This document shows, piece by piece, positions 37,628 through 50,244 of a stretch of 64,000 nucleotides of DNA (within the stretch, counting starts at the first letter, position 1; every line of letters starts with the position of its first letter). Made by a program: the position numbers and the translations under genes. Location of the stretch: assembly GCF_964213995.1 (NCBI RefSeq), contig NC_135823.1, positions 44,640,001-44,704,000 on the forward strand, written 5' to 3'. This DNA comes from Mustelus asterias (taxonomy: Eukaryota). The notes under the pieces were generated by a model. That model saw only the letters and a program-made list of their open reading frames with translations, made no database searches and was not told the DNA's origin.

Positions 37628-37970
37628 GGTAAGAAGTTTAACAACACCAGGTTAAAGTCCAACAGGTTTATTTGGTAGCAAAAGTCACAAGCTTTTGGAG
37701 CCTTAAGCTCCTTCAGGTGAGTAGGAATTCTGTTCACAAACGGCATATAAAGACACAAACTCAATTTACAGAATAATGGTTGGAATGTGAATACTTACAG
37801 TTAATCAAGTCTTAAAGGTACAAACAATGTGAGTGAGTTCCATTTGAAGAAGGAGCTTAAGGCTCTGAAAGCTCGTGGCTTTTGCTACCAAATAAACCTG
37901 TTGGCCTTTAACCTGGTGTTGTTAAACTTCTTACTGTGTTTACCCCAGTCCAACGCCGTCATCTCCACAT
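37628..37970. mobile_element. Non-autonomous Penelope-like element with inverted termini and 14-bp TSD
   Basis: TSD CTTCAGTGAAGTGT at 37614-37627 and 37971-37984; inverted ends; degenerate hammerhead at 37840-37878. Confidence 0.82.
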
Positions 37971-39484
37971 CTTCAGTGAAGTGTAACAGGGTTTGTAATT
38001 GTGATCTCAACTGAACTCTGGCTCTGAAAGAAAATTGTGGCATAATGTTAAATTTCTCTCATGATTAATTTGTTTCTAATTTTTTTAAAAGTTTGCTCCT
38101 AATGTTTAAGTTACTAATTTAACCCCATGTAAATGACCAAATCCTTATTTTGCTCTCTGTAAAATTATTAAAAATTGATTTGATTATTAGTGCTTTTCGT
38201 TTCCTGGTTGGCTTTCTGTGAGAATTCTTTAATGTGATTGGCTGCTTGGATAGCTTGATGACATCACTGCAGCTTGGCACTGGGAAACCCCATTTAAAAA
38301 TGCCACAATCAATTGCACATCAGGAGAGGTAAAGTTCTCACTACGGATTGCTGAATCTTTGAGCGAGACATTCCCTTGTTACGCTATTGATCGCAAGCTC
38401 CAGGGCACTATGTTGATGGGATGTGATGGAAGGAGGCTCACGTGGAGCATGAGCACCATCATAGCATCAGTTGAGCCAAATGGTCTGTTTCTGTGCTGTA
38501 AATTCTATGCAATGAGCCAGCTTAAATTGGAATAATTAGTGCCATCTTGGATGAATTGACTCCAATAATAGGAGCCCTACGGTTTTGGGCATCAGATAAT
38601 CAGTTCATTAAAAGGCAATCTTTTATTTCATGAGCAGCATTAAAAAATACAGAGAGGGTGCCACAAACCTCATTTGGTAGTACAGTCGTGTTAGCATGTT
38701 ATCTCACTAAGTCTCTTCTAACATATTCAGACTTCACTGAAGTTTCTACATGTTACTTGTTTACTACATTCCAGAGAACTGGCTTTGACAAATAGGAATC
38801 ACATGAGTCTTAGACAGCAGTCTGAATGTTGTATCTTAACAGATTGGAATATTATCTGCTTTTGTTCTATTTACCCATACAAAGGCTGTCTGATTTAATA
38901 TTCTCATTCTGTACTGTCAACCCTCCTGAGGACCCAATTATAAAAGAGACGAGTGCCTGTTTGGCTATGGAGACTTCCACCAATAGTAATTCTATATGTT
39001 ATCGATGTCCAGCCCGAAAGAGTCACGCGCTCTCATGCTACTGATTGCAGGTATCCTCATCACCATTTGCACTCTGCAAACAGTCATCAATGTGGCGCTT
39101 TTGCTTTTAACAATTTGTATGCTGCGGTGATTGTTGTCGACAAGGGGAATGAAATATCACTGTTAGATAAAAGGGGCGAAAACCTATGCCATTTCTCAAG
39201 TCGTTTGAATTACCATCAGTTGCCCTAACAGGGGTGGGCAAGTTTGTGCCGAGATGCTGACACTTTCACTTGACAATGCACTGCGGTACCATGTAGGGCT
39301 GGTGTACATTGTAACGCATGTGCAATATGATATCTGATTGGCGTGGACTGAAATCTTAAAAGTTGTGAGGAAAAACCTGAAGAAACTCTAAAGAGTAGCA
39401 ACAGAACTTCTGGCCATTTGGAAATTATTGTTAGAAGGGGAGAATGTAACAAATTTCAAGGAACCAACTCAATGTTAGGCTTCG

Positions 39485-39590
39485 GAAACAAAAACAGAAA
39501 ATGCTGGGAAAAGCTCAGCAGGTTTGGCAGCTTCTGTGGAGAGAGGATAGACCCAACGTTTCACGTCTGAATGACTCTTCATCAAAGTTT
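39485..39590 (-). mobile_element. Second-family Penelope-like terminus with degenerate hammerhead
   Basis: Minus strand TTGATGAAGAGTCATTCAGACGTGAAACGTT...CCTGCTGAG, similar to 12333-12430. Confidence 0.6.
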
Positions 39591-41009
39591 CATTGCCTTT
39601 ATCATTGTTAGGTTTGCCTTTTCATTGTTTCTTGCCACCTCCCTTGTGTGAGCTTTTCTTATTTATTTTTTCATATTTTGGCTGCTTGCATATCCTTTTG
39701 TCCTCTTAATGGCTTTTCACTGAGAATTTCCTGTCCTTTAAGGGTTGCAGGGTTATACTCTGCCTCATTGAGATTGCTGTATTTACTTGTTCGTCCCTTT
39801 TTTTCCCCTCACAATCCTACAAAAATAATAATTTTTCAATCTTAAAGTTTCTGAGCGCTGCAGTGTACTTGCAACATTTAGTTTGAATTCGAGATGTTAT
39901 TGTGATTTTCTTCTACTGGTACAATTCATTCTAATGTGGAGTGAATAGTCCATTGAAGATATAATTGGTCGTGTTCATGGATAAATATTCTGAAACTATA
40001 ATTTAACCTTGTGTTTGTGAACAAGCTGATATTTCTGTCCATTTAGAGTTAAAACCATTGTCATTAAGGCCACATGCACTTAGCATTTTGAGGAACTGTG
40101 TACATCTGTGGCTAAAGTTTTCAGAATAGTGTTAAAGAACAGTGAGTCAAACTGACAGCATAAGACTGTTTCTGCTTTTAATTTGTAAAAATGGCCAGAA
40201 GAGCAAGTGGTGGATTTGTATTTCAACGAGAGGTTATTTGCCAGTTCAGATCCTTTCCTTCCTCATTTCACAAGTATATCTTGGAAATGGTGGATGAGCT
40301 TGCAGTTACTGAGAAACAATTTTGCTCCATTTCTTTAATGTTTCCGTTGGGATTAGAGGAAATATACTGGAGGAAATATTAGTTACACAAAGAGGCTTAT
40401 GGTAGATTTTGTAATGAGGCAGATCAAAGTCCCAAGTACAGAATGTACTGGGGAGCCTGAAGAGGGTTTTTAACTGAAGCATCCTGACCTAGCTTCTCTA
40501 AGGATTGGGCAAAGAATATTAGTGAAACGTAAACAAATTGTCTCAAAAATGAAATGTCGATTTGAAGAACAGATTACACACCAATCTAGTATTCAGCTGA
40601 GTGCCTGAGGGGATGCGCGTCTCAGCTTTGCTTGAAGCAGGAAATTGCTAAGAAAGTTACAGTTTGATTGCGAGAAGTATCTGCTGATTATGGAAGTCCA
40701 GTTCACTTTTGGCTGGGCGAGCTGTAGCTGCACAACATTTGATGCTTAATTTTCCTCCACCCCCTCCGATCCATCTAGATTCGCCCTCCCCTCTCGATTT
40801 CTGCCAGCGTTCATTAAAAACATATTTGATTTGTCTTCCATGGATCCAGTGTGACCCTTCACTTTTCCTCAATGATCAGCATCTGTCTCAGTGTCTCCCA
40901 CTTGCTTAATGGCCTGGGTTATGCAGTTGGAATAACAGTGAGGCTGTCACTACCACCATTATTAAAGAGTAAATCAGACTGCAACTTCTGGCCCACATAT
41001 GATTTTACT

Positions 41010-41580
41010 TGAGGCCGCAGCTGGAATACTGTGTGCAGTATTGGTCCCCTTATTTGCGGAAGGATATATTGGCCTTGGAGGGAGTGCAGAGAAGGTTCAC
41101 CAGGTTGATACCAGAGATGGGGGGTGTTGATTATGAGGAGAGACTGAGCAGATTGGGTTTGTACTCGTTGGAATTTAGAAGGCTGAGGGGGGATCTTATA
41201 GAGACCTATGAGATAATGAAGGGGCTGGATAGGGTAGAGGTGGAGAGATTCTTTCCACTTAGAAAGGAAGCTAGAACTAGAGGGCACAACCTCCAAATAA
41301 AGGGGGGTCAGTTTAGGACAGAGTTGAGGAGGAACTTCTTCTCTCAGAGTGTGGTGAATCTCTGGAATTCTCTGCCCACTGAAGTGGTGGAGGCTACCTC
41401 GTTGAATATGTTTGAATCACGGATAGATGGATTCCTGATTGGTAAGGGAATTAGGGGTTATGGGGATCAGGCGGGTAAGTGGAACTGATCCACTTCAGAT
41501 CAGCCATGATCTTATTGAATGGCGGGGCAGGCTTGAGGGGCTAGATGGCCTACTCCTGCTCCTATTTCTTATGTTCTTAT
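41010..41580 (+). mobile_element. Young CR1 3' fragment
   Basis: 159-aa ORF near-identical to the ORF2 C-terminus at 59331-59809; TTCTTATGTTCTTAT tail. Confidence 0.95.
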
Positions 41581-42803
41581 ATGTGTAATTAAACATGGAA
41601 ATCAGGACCTTGCTGTTGGAGGTGCCCTGCTCCTCCACAAGCTTCACTATACCGTACCTGGCCAACTAGTTTGGCATTCAAGCACATGAAGGGACTTATG
41701 GTACTTAATCAGATACCCAATAAAAGCTGGGGCTTTCCCATTCGAGTGTAAATGAATTTCTATGTCTTGTAAATGGTCTCTGGTAAGTTGGCCACACATG
41801 CAGATAGCTTAAATGGACATTCCTTCATGTCTTCGGCTAATAAAAATGCATCCAACTCAGTCTTAAAAATTTCAATAGTCCCAACATCGACAGTCTTTGG
41901 GAAAGGTTTCCAGATTTTCACCACCTAGCCTAGCTCTGATTTTGCGATTGTGCCCGATTGTTCAGGATCTCCACCAGAGGAAATGGCTTCTCTGTATCTT
42001 CCCTATCAAATCCCATGACATTTTAAAGACCTCATTTAGGTCATTCATAAACCTCTAAGCCCAAGGGAATGCAAATCAAGTTCATGCAACATGTTCTCAT
42101 AATTTAACATTTTAAGCCTCAGTATCATTCTGGTAAATTTGCTTTGCAGCCTTTTAAGGCCATTATCATCTTTGCTGAGGTTAGATGCCCAAAACTGATA
42201 CTGCAGTTGCTGGAAGTCTGAAACAAAACCAGAAAGCGATAGAATTACTCGGGGTCTGGCAGTGTCTGTGGAGGGAGAAATGAGTTTCGGATCGATGGCC
42301 TATCATTTGTACTCCAGATGTAGTCTAAGTTTTATACAATCGTTAAATAAGTTGAACACTTTTTGTATTCCAACCTTTTTAGAATAAAGGGCCACATTCC
42401 TCCCCCACCCCCTCTCGATTTCTCTTTATTTTACTTTCTGTACGTGATATTAATTTCCATTAAAATTCAAATTTACTCTGAATATCTCAGTGAGCATTCT
42501 ATAATCTGGTTAAAAAGAAGTTCCTGCACAAAAGTCCATAAAAGGCCTGCGGGGGTTAGAAGTGACACTTTTCATTCGCCACTGATCATAAAATCTTGGT
42601 CAATTTGTCTGTCTCTTTGTAACTGCACCAAAATACACAACTTACTGTATCTTCTATATTAATATCACATTCAAATTTAGTTATTCAGTTCTATTGCTTT
42701 CAGCTGTGACCCTGGGAAAGTTTAAAATAAAAGAAATAACACTTGAAAAGTGTAATACATTTCAGACAAGATGAACTTGCATTGGAATACAGATGAATGT
42801 GTA

Positions 42804-43056
42804 GACGTGCTGGTTAGGTGCATTGGCCATGCTAAATTCTCCCTCAGTGTACTCCAACAGGCGCTGGAGTGTGGCGACTCGGGGATTTTCACAGTAACTT
42901 CATTGCTGTGTGAATGTAAACCTACTTGTGACTAATAAATAAACTTTAAACTTTTTGTTCTTTTGGTCCCCAGAAGGGTAGGGGGTTTTAGTTCAGTCGG
43001 TGCAGGCTTGGAGGGCCGAAGGGCCTGTTCCTGTGCTGTAATTTTCTTTGTTCTTT
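42804..43056 (+). mobile_element. 3' half of a type-2 V-SINE followed by a CR1 tail
   Basis: GCTGGTTAGGTGCATTGGCC...CTACTTGTGACTAATAAATAAACTTT, then GGGCCGAAGGGCCTGTTCCTGTGCTGTA. Confidence 0.8.
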
Positions 43057-43539
43057 AGGAGTTAGTGGGGATAAATGCATTTTGAAAGCAGCTGATGAAG
43101 TGAATCTCAGGTTGCTCGTTGCAAAATATCAAGTATATGACTGAGAAAGAAAGGTATAAATAATATGGATGAAAATTAGCTCCGGGGTGATGCCCAGCTA
43201 ATCACCCAGAGAAAGAGAAGCAAAGGGTGTGGTTGGGCACTGAAATATCATCCGTACTCTTGGATTCTTGAAGTCAAGCCTGTTGTTGAACTTTTGTTAA
43301 ATGATTAATAATTGGGCAGGCATGAATTCAGATAAGCATTCTATAAAAGGATTTACAATCTTGCATGAGAGCTAGTGAAAGGAATTGTAGGTTCATGGAG
43401 CTGCAAGTTTGTAGTAACGTCACAAAATCTCTGCTTTTCATTGAGTTTTGCAGTTGTGTCTGCTACTCTTATTGGCTTATCTTTGTGCTAAAACCATGTG
43501 GTTCTGTCAATGATATTGATTTTTTTTTTGATGTTACAG

Positions 43540-43614
43540 CCTTCCCAAACCAATTTTTTCCGTATTGACCGACTGACCACGGTGAATCTAGATGACGATA
43601 TGGCACAGGACCAG
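43540..43614 (+). CDS. CLCN7: CLCN7 exon 2
   Basis: TTACAG|PSQTNFFRIDRLTTVNLDDDMAQDQ|GTAATT; aligns with human [24 protein letters not shown]. Confidence 0.85.
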
Positions 43615-44236
43615 GTAATTACATTATAAACTTTTTGTGTGCATCAAAGAATTGTTGCAACTTGGCAATATTAGAACACTACATGTATGCAGTGAATTTT
43701 TAATGCTGCATATTATGTGATGGAATTAAGGGATTTTCATGATTCCTAGTTTTTTTGATTACACTTTCAACTTTAAAAGGTTTCAGCGTAAGTTTCCATT
43801 TCGGTGATGGAGAACCTACATAGCATTTCTCTGATTGCACTTGCGCAGATCTCTTTGTTTCTAATGCTTTGCTGACTTCTGATCACTGGACACTAGAGCC
43901 TAATGTGGATCTGTGGGTCCAGTGTTTGCAGAGTGGAAATTGTGGGCAACATGGGTTGGGCCATGTTTTCTTCATTTACGTGAAATCACTGTTCATTCAC
44001 TCATGTGGATAGAATCTGTTTTCATCAACAAACTTAGCCGCTGAAAATTGGTGGAGCAGGGAGGAACATGTTCCTGAATAACTTGCTGCAGCCTTCTCCC
44101 TGACGTCCATTGAAAAAGTGGTTAAATGCTGTGAAAAACCTAGTTTATAGTAACTGCAGTCTATCGTGGATGGTAAAATTTAAAATGGAAAAATGTTGCA
44201 TGCTATTTACTGATAAAATGTGCTTTTCTCACATAG

Positions 44237-44308
44237 GATGGCGATCCATCTATTTATGCTTTCAAGGAAATTCTACACAACGAAAATCTTCTTTCACTTA
44301 AGTATGAG
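44237..44308 (+). CDS. CLCN7: CLCN7 exon 3
   Basis: CATAG|DGDPSIYAFKEILHNENLLSLKYE|GTAATT. Confidence 0.93.
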
Positions 44309-44490
44309 GTAATTGCAGGATTAAAACTATAAGGACTTGACTCCATTAAGATGTTTTGATGTTAATGAACTGCCATTCACAGAACACTCCCTGCTTGGAC
44401 TGCAGAAGAATGACACCCCCCCCCCCCCCCCCCCCCCCCCCCCCAGTCCTCTGATGATGTAAAAACGATGTTACACAATTAAAGCTTTTT

Positions 44491-44793
44491 AAAAGTTTAT
44501 TTATTAGTGTCACAAGTAGGCTTACATTAACACTGCAATGAAATGAATGTGAAAGTCTCCTAGTCACCCCACACTCTCTGTTTGGGTACACGGAGGGAGA
44601 ATTTAGCTTGGCCAATGCACCTAACCAGCACATCTTTTGGACTGTGGGAGGAAACCGGAGCACCCGGAGGTAAGCCACGCAGACATGGAGAGAATGTGCA
44701 GACTCCGCACAGACAGTGACCCAAGTTAGTAATTGAACCCAAATCCCTGGCGCTGTGAGGCAGCAGTGCTAACCACTGTGCCGCCGTGCTGCC
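44491..44793 (-). mobile_element. V-SINE, type-2 tail
   Basis: Reverse complement of the 14846 family. Confidence 0.9.
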
Positions 44794-45439
44794 TGTCAGT
44801 ATTCACGACGGTTTGATGCTCTGAGGGAAGGGGAGGGAGTGGAGTTGAGCAAGACCATATTAAGACTTTTTTTGTATGTGGTGTAATTCCCATGTGATGT
44901 AATTCCTATGTGATATAAAAAGGAAACATAATGTAGCTTAAAAGAACTGTGCTGTGTTTTTAAATATCAGAGAGGGCATATCTGCTCTGCTATATGGTTA
45001 AAGTTTCCATTCAAAGAATGGAGAAAATCTAGTCGGTAACTAAATTGGGTTTTTGAGATCACTACAAATTATTGGAGCCTTTGGGCACACATCTGCTAAG
45101 CTCTTTGAATTCCAAGTTCCAGATATCAATTCTTTATTCTGCATTTTCACACAAAAAAAGTATATACTTTCCACAGTCTGCACTTCCACTAACGTACGTT
45201 TCTTCAACTGAGTGATGCAACCTGATCAATTGGGACTGTGATCACCAAGGCAGCAATGACATTAATGAAGGGAGGAGAACCGTGTAATTGGCTCCTTAGA
45301 CCCAAAATATGCGTGCATATTATTTTTTCCTCTCCTGTAGTTTAGTCGACATGTCCACAGGTGAATGAGCTCCGAGGCTTCAGCAACTGGCTCCATCTGA
45401 GCCTGTGAAATGATTGAGGAACAAACCACCTTCCAACAC

Positions 45440-45670
45440 AAATCTTTCTTGCCCTCCCCCACATTCGCAACTCTTTTCTCTCCCCCGCCCCCCCCACCAC
45501 CTCCCCACCATTGTCCCCGCTCTCCCAACCCTTTTCCACATCTCCCTTCCTCTCGCAACCTTTTCCTTGCCATCTCCCCCACACTCCCAACTCTTTTCCC
45601 CCATTGCCGCCACTCTCGTAACTCTTTCCCCCATCACCCCCATTCTCGCAATGCTTTCCCCCATCTCCTT
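45440..45670. repeat. Degenerate pyrimidine-rich tandem repeat (~28-30 bp)
   Basis: Recurrent CTCGCAACTCTTTTCCCCCAT-like units. Confidence 0.7.
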
Positions 45671-46385
45671 GCTTAACACCAAAGAGCCATGCCAAACTAG
45701 TACGCAATTTAGGAGACATTTGTGTATAAATCGTTACAGCTTTAAAGGAACTATAGTTCAAAATTAAATGTGGTCAAAGGCTTTTGACCAATCTGTGACA
45801 TTTGCTTCATTTGGCAACCATGCAGATGCTAATTTGAATTCGAGAGATGCTCAGGAAGAAGTGATGGAATTGCTTTGCTTACATTAAGAGAAGAACACAA
45901 TGTAGGGTGTCCTCCAGCATCCATTTGGCTGCTCAATTAGTCGATGGTTCACTGCAGATTTTCATGCTAGCTCAGCTCCCAAAACACATTAAATTAAACG
46001 ATGCCCATGTGGAGGGTGTGTAGAATTGGAAAAATGGAGATCCCACCAAGTAGATCATATATAATAATATATTCTTTGTCACCAAATGAAATAACATTTC
46101 CATGAAAATATACTGGTTTAACGTGTTAGAACTTAGTATTTTCTAAAAAATTTAGACATTATAATGAGTTGAACTAATAAAGGAGTGAGAAAAAGTAATG
46201 GCAATAATGGATGATGCAAATCACAAAAACAGAGAATTAAAGGATATGTTCAAAAATGGGAGGCAAATTTACACTCAGTTTTTGAATGTTTTCAAGGCTG
46301 TCCTTTCTGTGGGTGTTTGAGTTACATTTATAAAGGTGCATTACATTTTTGTATTTGTAGTGGTATCTCTGGCCTGTTCTATAGC

Positions 46386-46684
46386 CATGATGTGGAGATG
46401 CCGGCGTTGGACTGGGGTAAACACAGTAAGAGTTTTAACAACACCAGGTTAAAGTCCAACAGGTTTATTTGGTGGCAAATGCCTTTAGCTTTCGGAGCGC
46501 TGCTCCTGTGGACAGGACAGCCAGTGAGATTCAGTATTCTATAACTTGATTTTGTGTCTCTGTGCCCTGTTTGAGAGCAGATTTCCACTCTATCTGATGA
46601 AGAAGCAGTGCTCCGAAAGCTAATGGCATTTGCTACCAAACAAACCCGTTGGACTTTAATCTGGTGTTGTTAAAACTCTTACTA
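46386..46684. mobile_element. Non-autonomous Penelope-like element with inverted termini and 9-bp TSD
   Basis: TSD TTCTATAGC at 46377-46385 and 46685-46693; tail GATGTGGAGATGCCGGCGTTGGACTGG. Confidence 0.82.
46590..46626 (+). ncRNA. Minimal hammerhead ribozyme motif (one stem II mismatch)
   Basis: CTAT-CTGATGA-A-GAAGC-AGT-GCTCC-GAA-AGCT-A-ATGG. Confidence 0.65.
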
Positions 46685-46911
46685 TTCTATAGCAACATAA
46701 TATATTTTCAAATATTTGTTCTCCTGTATCATATATACTCTCGTTAATGAGGGCCTGAAGATCTTGTGTCAGAACATACCTTCTGAATATAAGATTTATA
46801 ATCTTTTGGTTACATTTACCTGGAAATAAATGTCCACTGAGCTTTGCCTTGTCCAATTCCTGTCCATGTACCACAGAATGAATTTTGATTTGTTCTTGAT
46901 TTTTTTTTTAG

Positions 46912-46977
46912 AGCCTTGACTATGATAATAGCGAGAATCAGCTATTCATGGAGGAAGAAAGGAGAATTAGCAAAATA
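46912..46977 (+). CDS. CLCN7: CLCN7 exon 4
   Basis: TTTAG|SLDYDNSENQLFMEEERRISKI|GTAAGT. Confidence 0.96.
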
Positions 46978-48125
46978 GTAAGTACGTTAATGCAATTTGC
47001 CCATTTGTTTTAGTAATATAATCATTTCCAATGCTGTTATCAGACAAAAATAAGTTGCCTTCCCCTCTCCTTTTATCTCACAGTATTACTGAAACCTGTT
47101 GGTTTCTCTTTCTTGTCCTTTCTCACCTTTGAACTTTTCCTTTCTTATGTTTCGCTGCTCTGTATGACTCCCCAATTCTTATCATAATGTCATCAATTTC
47201 TATGTCTTATGCAGCAAGGTGCCAGCAAACATGTACCCGGTTGGGGGTAGGATCAAGCTGTGTAAGAAGCTGGGCAAGTGGAAGTGAAATTAGGGAATTG
47301 AGATTGTGGCTGAGAAGTAGCATTTCTGCTTCACTGTCTGGCAATTGTCACTGAATATTTGCTCGGCTTTTTTTAATGAACTTGCATGTTTTAAATCATT
47401 TACCTAATGGTTTATATTTTGAATTAAATTGCTTTTTCATATGGCGATGTGTAGTATAAGGATATCAACTGCTGTCTGTATCACTGATTAGTTTGTACCG
47501 GCAGTGAGGCTACATTCAACAGAGCAGGGAGAGGGAGGTTTGGGATTGAGTACGTTTGCTCAAACTAGATGCAAGGCAAAACTTTAAATCTTTGACTGAG
47601 TGATTTGAACCTTAGCCAAAGGAATATGACTGGGGCTCAACTGCGTTGAGGCTGCACCAGACTCTGTCTGCTTAGAACTATTAGATGTGCATCCGAAGGT
47701 CATGCACAGGGAAGCAGGAATGGCGTTGTGGGAGGAAGAAAGCTATGTCAGGAGCAGAGGCTGGAGTTTATCTTTTTAAAGGCCTTTACTGTGGACAGAA
47801 TAGTTGTACATATCAATATTGATGAGCCTTGAGTCATATTTCTGATGTCGTATAAGATTTTCAAGAGCTTTTTCATCACTTAATTAGCTCATTTACCAAT
47901 CTGTTACCTACAAGCCAAGTGACATGCAAATTTGCTGTGGACTACATGGTTGGTCTTGGAAATAAATGCATTGTTATGGATGGAAGAGAGGTAGATGGTG
48001 GGATATCTTTTCTCTTTCCTCCTTCCTCGTCACCTCTTGGTTGTCTGCAATAGATCTGTGTCTGAGAGGGAGTATTTTAAACCTTGTGATTTTATAGACA
48101 CAAAGCAGGCTTTCAGGTAAATTTA

Positions 48126-48469
48126 AATCATAGAAATCATAGAAACCCTACAGTGCAGAAGGAGGCCATTCGGCCCATCGAGTCTGCACCGACCACAATC
48201 CCACCCAGGCCCTACCCCCACATATTTTACCCGCTAATCCCTCTAACCTACGCATCTCAGGATTCTAAGGGGCAATTTTTAACTTGGTCAATCAACCTAA
48301 CCCGCACATCTTTGGACTGTGGGAGGAAACCGGAGCACCCGGAGGAAACCCACGCAGACACGAGGAGAATGTGCAAACTCCACACAGACAGTGACCCGAG
48401 CCGGGAATCGAACCCAGGACCCTGGAGCTGTGAAGCAGCAGTGCTAACCACTGTGCTACCGTGCCGCCC
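48126..48469 (-). mobile_element. Young full-length HE1-like V-SINE
   Basis: Complete head, V-domain and (TTTCTATGA)n tail. Confidence 0.93.
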
Positions 48470-48505
48470 CAAATCAGAAGAGAGGATAATTCACTCGAGA
48501 CCCGA

Positions 48506-48843
48506 GGGCGGCACGGTAGCACAGTGGTTAGCACTGCTGCTTCACAGCTCCAGGGACCTGGGTTCGATTCCCGACTCGGGTCGCTGTCTGTGTGGAGTTT
48601 GTCATTCTCCTCGTGTCTGTGTGGGTTTCCTCCGGGTGCTCCGGTTTCCTCCCACAGTCCAAAGATGTGCGGGTTAGGTTGATTGGCCATGCTAAAATTG
48701 CCCCTTAGTGTCCTGAGATGAATAGGTTAGAGGGATTAGCGGGTAAAATATGTGGGGATATGGGGGTGGGGCCTGGGTGGGATTATGGTCGGTGCAGACT
48801 CGATGGGCTGAATGGCCTCTTTCTGCGCTGTAGGGTTCTATGA
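48506..48843 (+). mobile_element. Young full-length HE1-like V-SINE, inverted partner of 48126-48469
   Basis: GGGCGGCACGGTAGCACAGTGGTTAGCACTGCTGCTTCACAGCTCC head. Confidence 0.93.
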
Positions 48844-50111
48844 AAAACCCTGAAATGTAATTACAGCAGAAAACACTCACTCCTTCACGCATGACAGGAG
48901 CCAGTACAGGCCAGGCCACAAGCCAATCACAGACCACACTTAAGTACCACCTAACTCTCCAAACGGCCAGGACCTATTGCGAGCCAATCACAGCTCATGC
49001 TCGGGAACCACCTTACAGTCCTGATGCCAGGCACCTACTCCCCACACTCAGAAAAGCCCGACTTGGTGTTGGCAGGGGCCACTTGACAGAAATATCTGAG
49101 TGGCCTACAGACAACATGATCAGTGCTCCAATCAGTTGAGGCAATGCCCGCTCATACTGCAGAGCTAGAAAAAATGGCGCTCTTATGAGCTAACATGAGG
49201 GTTGTCTGAGACTGACAGGATGCTGGTATAGTGATTAATGAGTGATAATGTTATTAATTAGTGTCGGATTGAACTGGTAGTAACTGGGTGGATTGCGGTG
49301 CACTGTGTTCCCCGAGAGCAATTGGCTGGGGAGAGAATTGTTCAGGCTCAGTGGAATTTAGAGGGGACAGATTCATTCCCCCTCTCTGTGTCACATTAAA
49401 TCAGTCGACGGGAACAACTGATGTGACTTGGGGCCCAGCTGGATGGAAAAGCTCAATACAACATAGCTGCTTTCTGCTATATCTTTGTTACTGCCAACCT
49501 CGCATTGAACTATATAAAATATACAGCACAAAGAGAAAATTCGGCTCAAGTGCCATGATGTCACTACTGCCAGCTTGCCATGACATCTCTTCCGCCAATG
49601 TGTTCTGGAATATGTCCAGCCAGAGTTGACAACTATAGTGGTACCTCACAGATATGTTAATTACAAGATTGCTGCTAGACCAGTCCTTTAGGTTAGTGAT
49701 GCCAAGTTAATATGTGTAGGCAAAGATTGCTTAAGACAATGTCATAATATTATTGCGTTTCACAATCTTAGTGACTCTTTTTGGTAGCCATGCTGAATGT
49801 TGGAAAGTCCTGAACTAAGAGCAGCTGAAAGCTGTCTCATTTACTCTTCCTCTTTGGCACATCTAACTTTGGAATTCAGTTACCCCCCCCCCCCCACCCC
49901 CAAAATTACCTGAATATATATACTTCCGCACACACTGACCTTCTGTGAATGAGGGGTTTCATGGTCTATATTATGATGTGAAATAGTGTTGCTGTTGGAT
50001 TATACTCTGTTCATTTTCAACACTGAATTATAGAAGCTTTTTCCAAAGTTGTAATAGCTTGATCATTTCTGATGGCTTGCTTACAGTTTTTTTCCCCTTT
50101 TTTCTCCGTAG

Positions 50112-50244
50112 GGCTTTCATGTACTTGAAGTCAAACGATGGGTCGTCTGTTGCTTCATAGGAATCCTTACTGGCCTTATTGCCTGTTTTATAGATATTGT
50201 TGTGGAACTTCTTGCTGACATGAAGTACAATGTAATTAAAAAGA
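50112..50244 (+). CDS. CLCN7: CLCN7 exon 5 (first transmembrane helix)
   Basis: CGTAG|[44 protein letters not shown], 133 nt. Confidence 0.96.

Noticed and set aside
44415-44444. Long poly-C run as a G-quadruplex element
   Set aside because: A simple homopolymer with unreliable length; no other support
48506-48580. tRNA gene
   Set aside because: A/B boxes belong to the tRNA-derived SINE head and continue into the SINE body; same for the other copies
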